A stretch of 64,000 nucleotides of DNA from Thermodesulfobacteriota bacterium (lineage in GTDB: Bacteria > Desulfobacterota_D > UBA1144 > Nemesobacterales > UBA2774): positions 1,664,001-1,728,000 of the forward strand of contig OY729416.1 in NCBI GenBank assembly GCA_963422265.1. The letters run 5' to 3'. Shown piece by piece: positions 60,857 to 64,000 of this stretch (position 1 is its first letter; each line of letters begins with the position of its first letter). The position numbers and the translations under genes are program-made. The notes beneath the pieces were generated by a model. It was not told the DNA's origin. It saw only the letters and a list, made by a program, of their open reading frames with translations, and made no database searches.

Positions 60857-61726
60857 TCAGTTAATTATATCAGCTAGATAGAAGAGTCCAAAGCTGGCTT
60901 GTTTCGGAATGTCCGATAATGCTCCTAAGCCTACTTTAGATAATAGAAAATCTAGAAACTCGCGCTTTCTTTTCGGATAATAAACGGTTTCTGGCTCTCC
61001 CTGTATTCCGGCCAGATTTCCCGCCGCGCTTATAGCGTCGTTTATAGTCCCTAGCTCGTCTATTAGCTTAAGCGCCTTTGCCTGCTCACCGGTAAACACC
61101 CTTCCATCCGCGATTTGGCTTATTTGCTTTGGGTTGAGTTTTCTCTCCACCGCCACCGTGTTTTTGAACTGCTCGTAAACGTTGTTTATAAGCTCTTGAA
61201 TGTATTGCCTATCTGGATCGCTCATCTTCCTAAATGGCGTGCCAGCGTCTTTGTATTTTCCGCTTTTAATGATTTCCACGTCAACCTTAGCCCATTCCAG
61301 AAGCTTTCCGTAGTTGGCGAACTGGGCTATGACTCCGATGCTACCCGTGATAGCCCCGGGATTCGCATATATGCTTTCGGCGGCACAGGCTATGTAGTAG
61401 CCACCGGAGGCTCCTATCCCTCCAATACTCGCAACGACGGGCATCTGTGCTCTAAGGCGTTTGATTTCGCCGTATATTTCTTGAGATGGGCCAACGGCTC
61501 CTCCTGGAGAGTCGATTCTCACGACCAGGGCTTTGATGTGGGAAGCCTTTTTGATTTTCTTGAGGCTATCAAGATAGATTTGCGAATCCAGTATTACGTC
61601 TTGAACCTTGAGCACCGCGACCGTCCCGTCGCCCTTAAGCCCTTTCTTGCCCGACGTGAAGAGGATCACGCCTACCGCTATAACGCAAATGAGACCTGCG
61701 ATCATAGCTATCAGTAACAATCGCAT
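60857..61726 (-). CDS. sppA: Signal peptide peptidase SppA (S49)
   Basis: RIDSPGG, ASGGYY, TGSIGV, SGKYKD, DGRVFTG. Confidence 0.93.
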   Translation of the reverse strand: MRLLLIAMIAGLICVIAVGVILFTSGKKGLKGDGTVAVLKVQDVILDSQIYLDSLKKIKKASHIKALVVRIDSPGGAVGPSQEIYGEIKRLRAQMPVVASIGGIGASGGYYIACAAESIYANPGAITGSIGVIAQFANYGKLLEWAKVDVEIIKSGKYKDAGTPFRKMSDPDRQYIQELINNVYEQFKNTVAVERKLNPKQISQIADGRVFTGEQAKALKLIDELGTINDAISAAGNLAGIQGEPETVYYPKRKREFLDFLLSKVGLGALSDIPKQASFGLFYLADIIN

Positions 61727-61732
61727 AACTAA

Positions 61733-63421
61733 CTATTCCGCCTTGTCATTGGTTATTGATTTTAGCCTTTCTCCAAGCACATCACCGAGTTTTAGGGTAT
61801 GCTCGTCCGTAGAAGAGACGAATTTAGATATTCTTTCTCTTTCAAGCTGCTCGTCATATTTGCTCTTGCTCAGGTTGACTTGACGCTTTCTTTTATCAAA
61901 GCCTATGAACTGCGCAGTTATCTCGTCGCCGACGTTAAAGTTTTTAGCTACATCTATCCTCTGTCCTTCCCGAGACAACTCGCTTTGGTGTATGTAGCCT
62001 TCTACTTTATTTTCGAGCTCAACTACTAAACCTCTATCTTTAACGTCCTTGATCTTTCCGGTAACTACGGTTCTTCCGGGCTTATATCTATCCTGAGCGT
62101 CTTTCCATGGATCCTTTGTGAGTTGTTTGACCCCAAGCCCCACTCTCTCTTTTTCCACTTCTATGTTTAATACGACCACTTCAATCTCATCACCTATTTT
62201 GAATAGCCCTTCGGGGTTGACCCTCTCTCCCCACGAGACATTATCGGGTCTCAACAAGCCTACGACGTCTTCGGCGACCTCGACAAATACTCCTATATCC
62301 GTTACGTTCCTGATCTTGCCCTTTACCCTTGAACCGGGCGGATTGTCTTCTTTGAAAACCTGCCATGGGCTAGGCATGATCCTTCTTAGGCTTAGAGACA
62401 TTTTTCTGCTTTCATAGTCAACGGTTAGCACTATAGCGTCCAGAACGTTTCCGATTTCAACGGCGTCCTTAGGATGACGGAGCTTTTTTGTCCAGGCGAT
62501 TTCAGAGATATGAATTAATCCTTCTATGCCGGGTTCAAGCTCGACGAAGACCCCGAAATTCATTATTGACACCGCTTTTGCCTTGACCCTGGTTCCCGTC
62601 TTGTATTTTTCCTTGGCTGATTTCCATGGGTCGGGAAGCATTTTTTTAAGACTGAGCGTGATCTTTTCCTCACCTTCTATCTTAAGAACGCTTACGTTTA
62701 TTTCATCGTCTATGGATATGACTTGGCTTGGATGTTTGATCCTCCCCCAGCAAAGCTCACTTATGGGAACGAAGCCCTCAATGCCCCCTATATCGACAAA
62801 AACGCCTTGATTGATAATGTTCACTACCTTTCCTGATATTACCTTTTCCTCTTCAATAGTGGAAAGGGTTTCCTTTTTTAGCTTATTGCGCTCCTCCTCA
62901 AGATAGACCCTGCGTGAAAGGACAATATCATCACCCACGAGCTTTATTATCCTCGCCTCCAGGATTTGCCCAACAAATCTGTCCAGATTCTTTTGCGGTC
63001 TCACGTCCAATTGTGATCCGGGAACAAAGGCTTTGATCTCTGTTTCGTTGCCAACGTCGGCGATAAGTCCACCTTTTACCTGCCTGATTACCTTAGCCTT
63101 TATCAGTTCGCCTTTCTCAAAGGCATTGCGAATTACTTCGTTTTCCCTGATCAACCGCGCCTTAGTCTTAGAGAGCCTAGGGGGTCCATCGCTTACCCAC
63201 CTGTCCAATACTACCTCAACCTCCTCTCCTACTTTTACGTCTAGCCCTCCGCTTGTATCGTAGAACTCGCTCTTGGGTACTACCCCTTCTGATTTTGATC
63301 CAAAGTCTATAAATACGTCGTCCCGATCAATCCCGACGACAACACCCTTAAATACATTTTCTCTGTCCGGAGGCTTCATGCTCTCATCTACTAACTCCGC
63401 AAAATCTCTCTCTTCTTCCAT
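61733..63421 (-). CDS. rpsA: 30S ribosomal protein S1
   Basis: Six S1 domains; KSEG, AFVPGSQ, EGLIHISE; downstream of cmk. Confidence 0.95.
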   Translation of the reverse strand: MEEERDFAELVDESMKPPDRENVFKGVVVGIDRDDVFIDFGSKSEGVVPKSEFYDTSGGLDVKVGEEVEVVLDRWVSDGPPRLSKTKARLIRENEVIRNAFEKGELIKAKVIRQVKGGLIADVGNETEIKAFVPGSQLDVRPQKNLDRFVGQILEARIIKLVGDDIVLSRRVYLEEERNKLKKETLSTIEEEKVISGKVVNIINQGVFVDIGGIEGFVPISELCWGRIKHPSQVISIDDEINVSVLKIEGEEKITLSLKKMLPDPWKSAKEKYKTGTRVKAKAVSIMNFGVFVELEPGIEGLIHISEIAWTKKLRHPKDAVEIGNVLDAIVLTVDYESRKMSLSLRRIMPSPWQVFKEDNPPGSRVKGKIRNVTDIGVFVEVAEDVVGLLRPDNVSWGERVNPEGLFKIGDEIEVVVLNIEVEKERVGLGVKQLTKDPWKDAQDRYKPGRTVVTGKIKDVKDRGLVVELENKVEGYIHQSELSREGQRIDVAKNFNVGDEITAQFIGFDKRKRQVNLSKSKYDEQLERERISKFVSSTDEHTLKLGDVLGERLKSITNDKAE

Positions 63422-63547
63422 GTCTAAGCCTTTTTGCTAATATGGTTTTTAACGTATGCCCGACGCCACGTCCTTTGCTCCTGACGTATCAATCTGAAGT
63501 CTGAAGCATTCATTGTCCGAAACGCAATAAGATTACCCTCCTTGAGG

Positions 63548-64000
63548 TTAAGCCCTCGTCCGAACTTCCCTGATGATCTTATCCACGACCGCGTCAGCGT
63601 TAAAATTAGTAGTATCTATTATTACTGCATTACTAGCAGGATGCAAGGGAGACACCGAGCGTTCCACGTCTTGCTTATCTCTGAGTCGGATCTCCTCTCT
63701 TATATCGTCCACTTTTACCGCTGCTGATTCCAACTCTCTCCACCTTCTTGACGCGCGCTCGTCAAGAGTGGCGTCTAAATAAAACTTAAAATCCGCGTCT
63801 GGAAATACGTAAGTTCCCATGTCTCTCCCCTCAATCACTACGTCGCCGTTCTTTGCAATTTCTCTCTGTATAGAGACGAGTTTATTCCTTACTACCTTCT
63901 TAGTGGCTACGTCTGAGGACAGACGGGTTATTTCTCGCGTTCTGATCTGATCGGTTACGTCTTCGTCGTCTAGTCTAATAACCATACTGTTCGCGCCCTT
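63548..64000 (-). CDS. cmk: Cytidylate kinase, 5'-partial
   Basis: VIEGRDMGTYVFPDADFKFYLDA..ERA.RR..RDKQD..R..SPL; runs off the window end. Confidence 0.95.
   Translation of the reverse strand, partial: KGANSMVIRLDDEDVTDQIRTREITRLSSDVATKKVVRNKLVSIQREIAKNGDVVIEGRDMGTYVFPDADFKFYLDATLDERASRRWRELESAAVKVDDIREEIRLRDKQDVERSVSPLHPASNAVIIDTTNFNADAVVDKIIREVRTRA

Noticed and set aside
61115-61717. 200-aa plus-strand ORF and similar ORFs opposite core genes
   Set aside because: Antisense shadows of well-supported genes (sppA, rpsA, thrS, uvrA and others)

Overview
A 64-kb chromosomal window from a diderm bacterium using genetic code 11. Gene content (F420-linked enzymes, tRNA-Val-thrS-infC-rpmI-rplT, Cys-type C-terminal sorting tails) suggests a Deltaproteobacteria-like, possibly Dadabacteria-like, host-associated lineage, but this cannot be verified here. 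The housekeeping backbone includes thrS/infC/rpmI/rplT, fabH, tusA-like/cysM/mec, yggT-proC-yggS, an oppA-like gene, mazG, btuB with a cobalamin riboswitch, cca, npdG, uvrA, uppP, xseA, aroA and cmk-rpsA-sppA. About 10 kb of intergenic DNA consists of mosaic arrays of several REP-like palindrome families. Positions 1.2-13.4 kb form a decaying accessory region with gene remnants, 415-bp direct repeats and reused promoter leaders. Top candidates for new biology: (1) three paralogous surface proteins (50.9-55.3 kb) with variable cores and a shared GCAL..TM..RR C-terminal tail, where the two divergent genes each carry an identical inverted 34-bp site with 13-6-13 dyad (recombinase-site-like) geometry around a single consensus promoter, suggesting an invertible switch; (2) REP-like palindromes nested in one another and inserted in frame into core proteins (clearest in cca); (3) an unclassified structured RNA candidate at 24.4-24.7 kb; (4) a tail-anchored protein with about 22 x 75-bp repeats.
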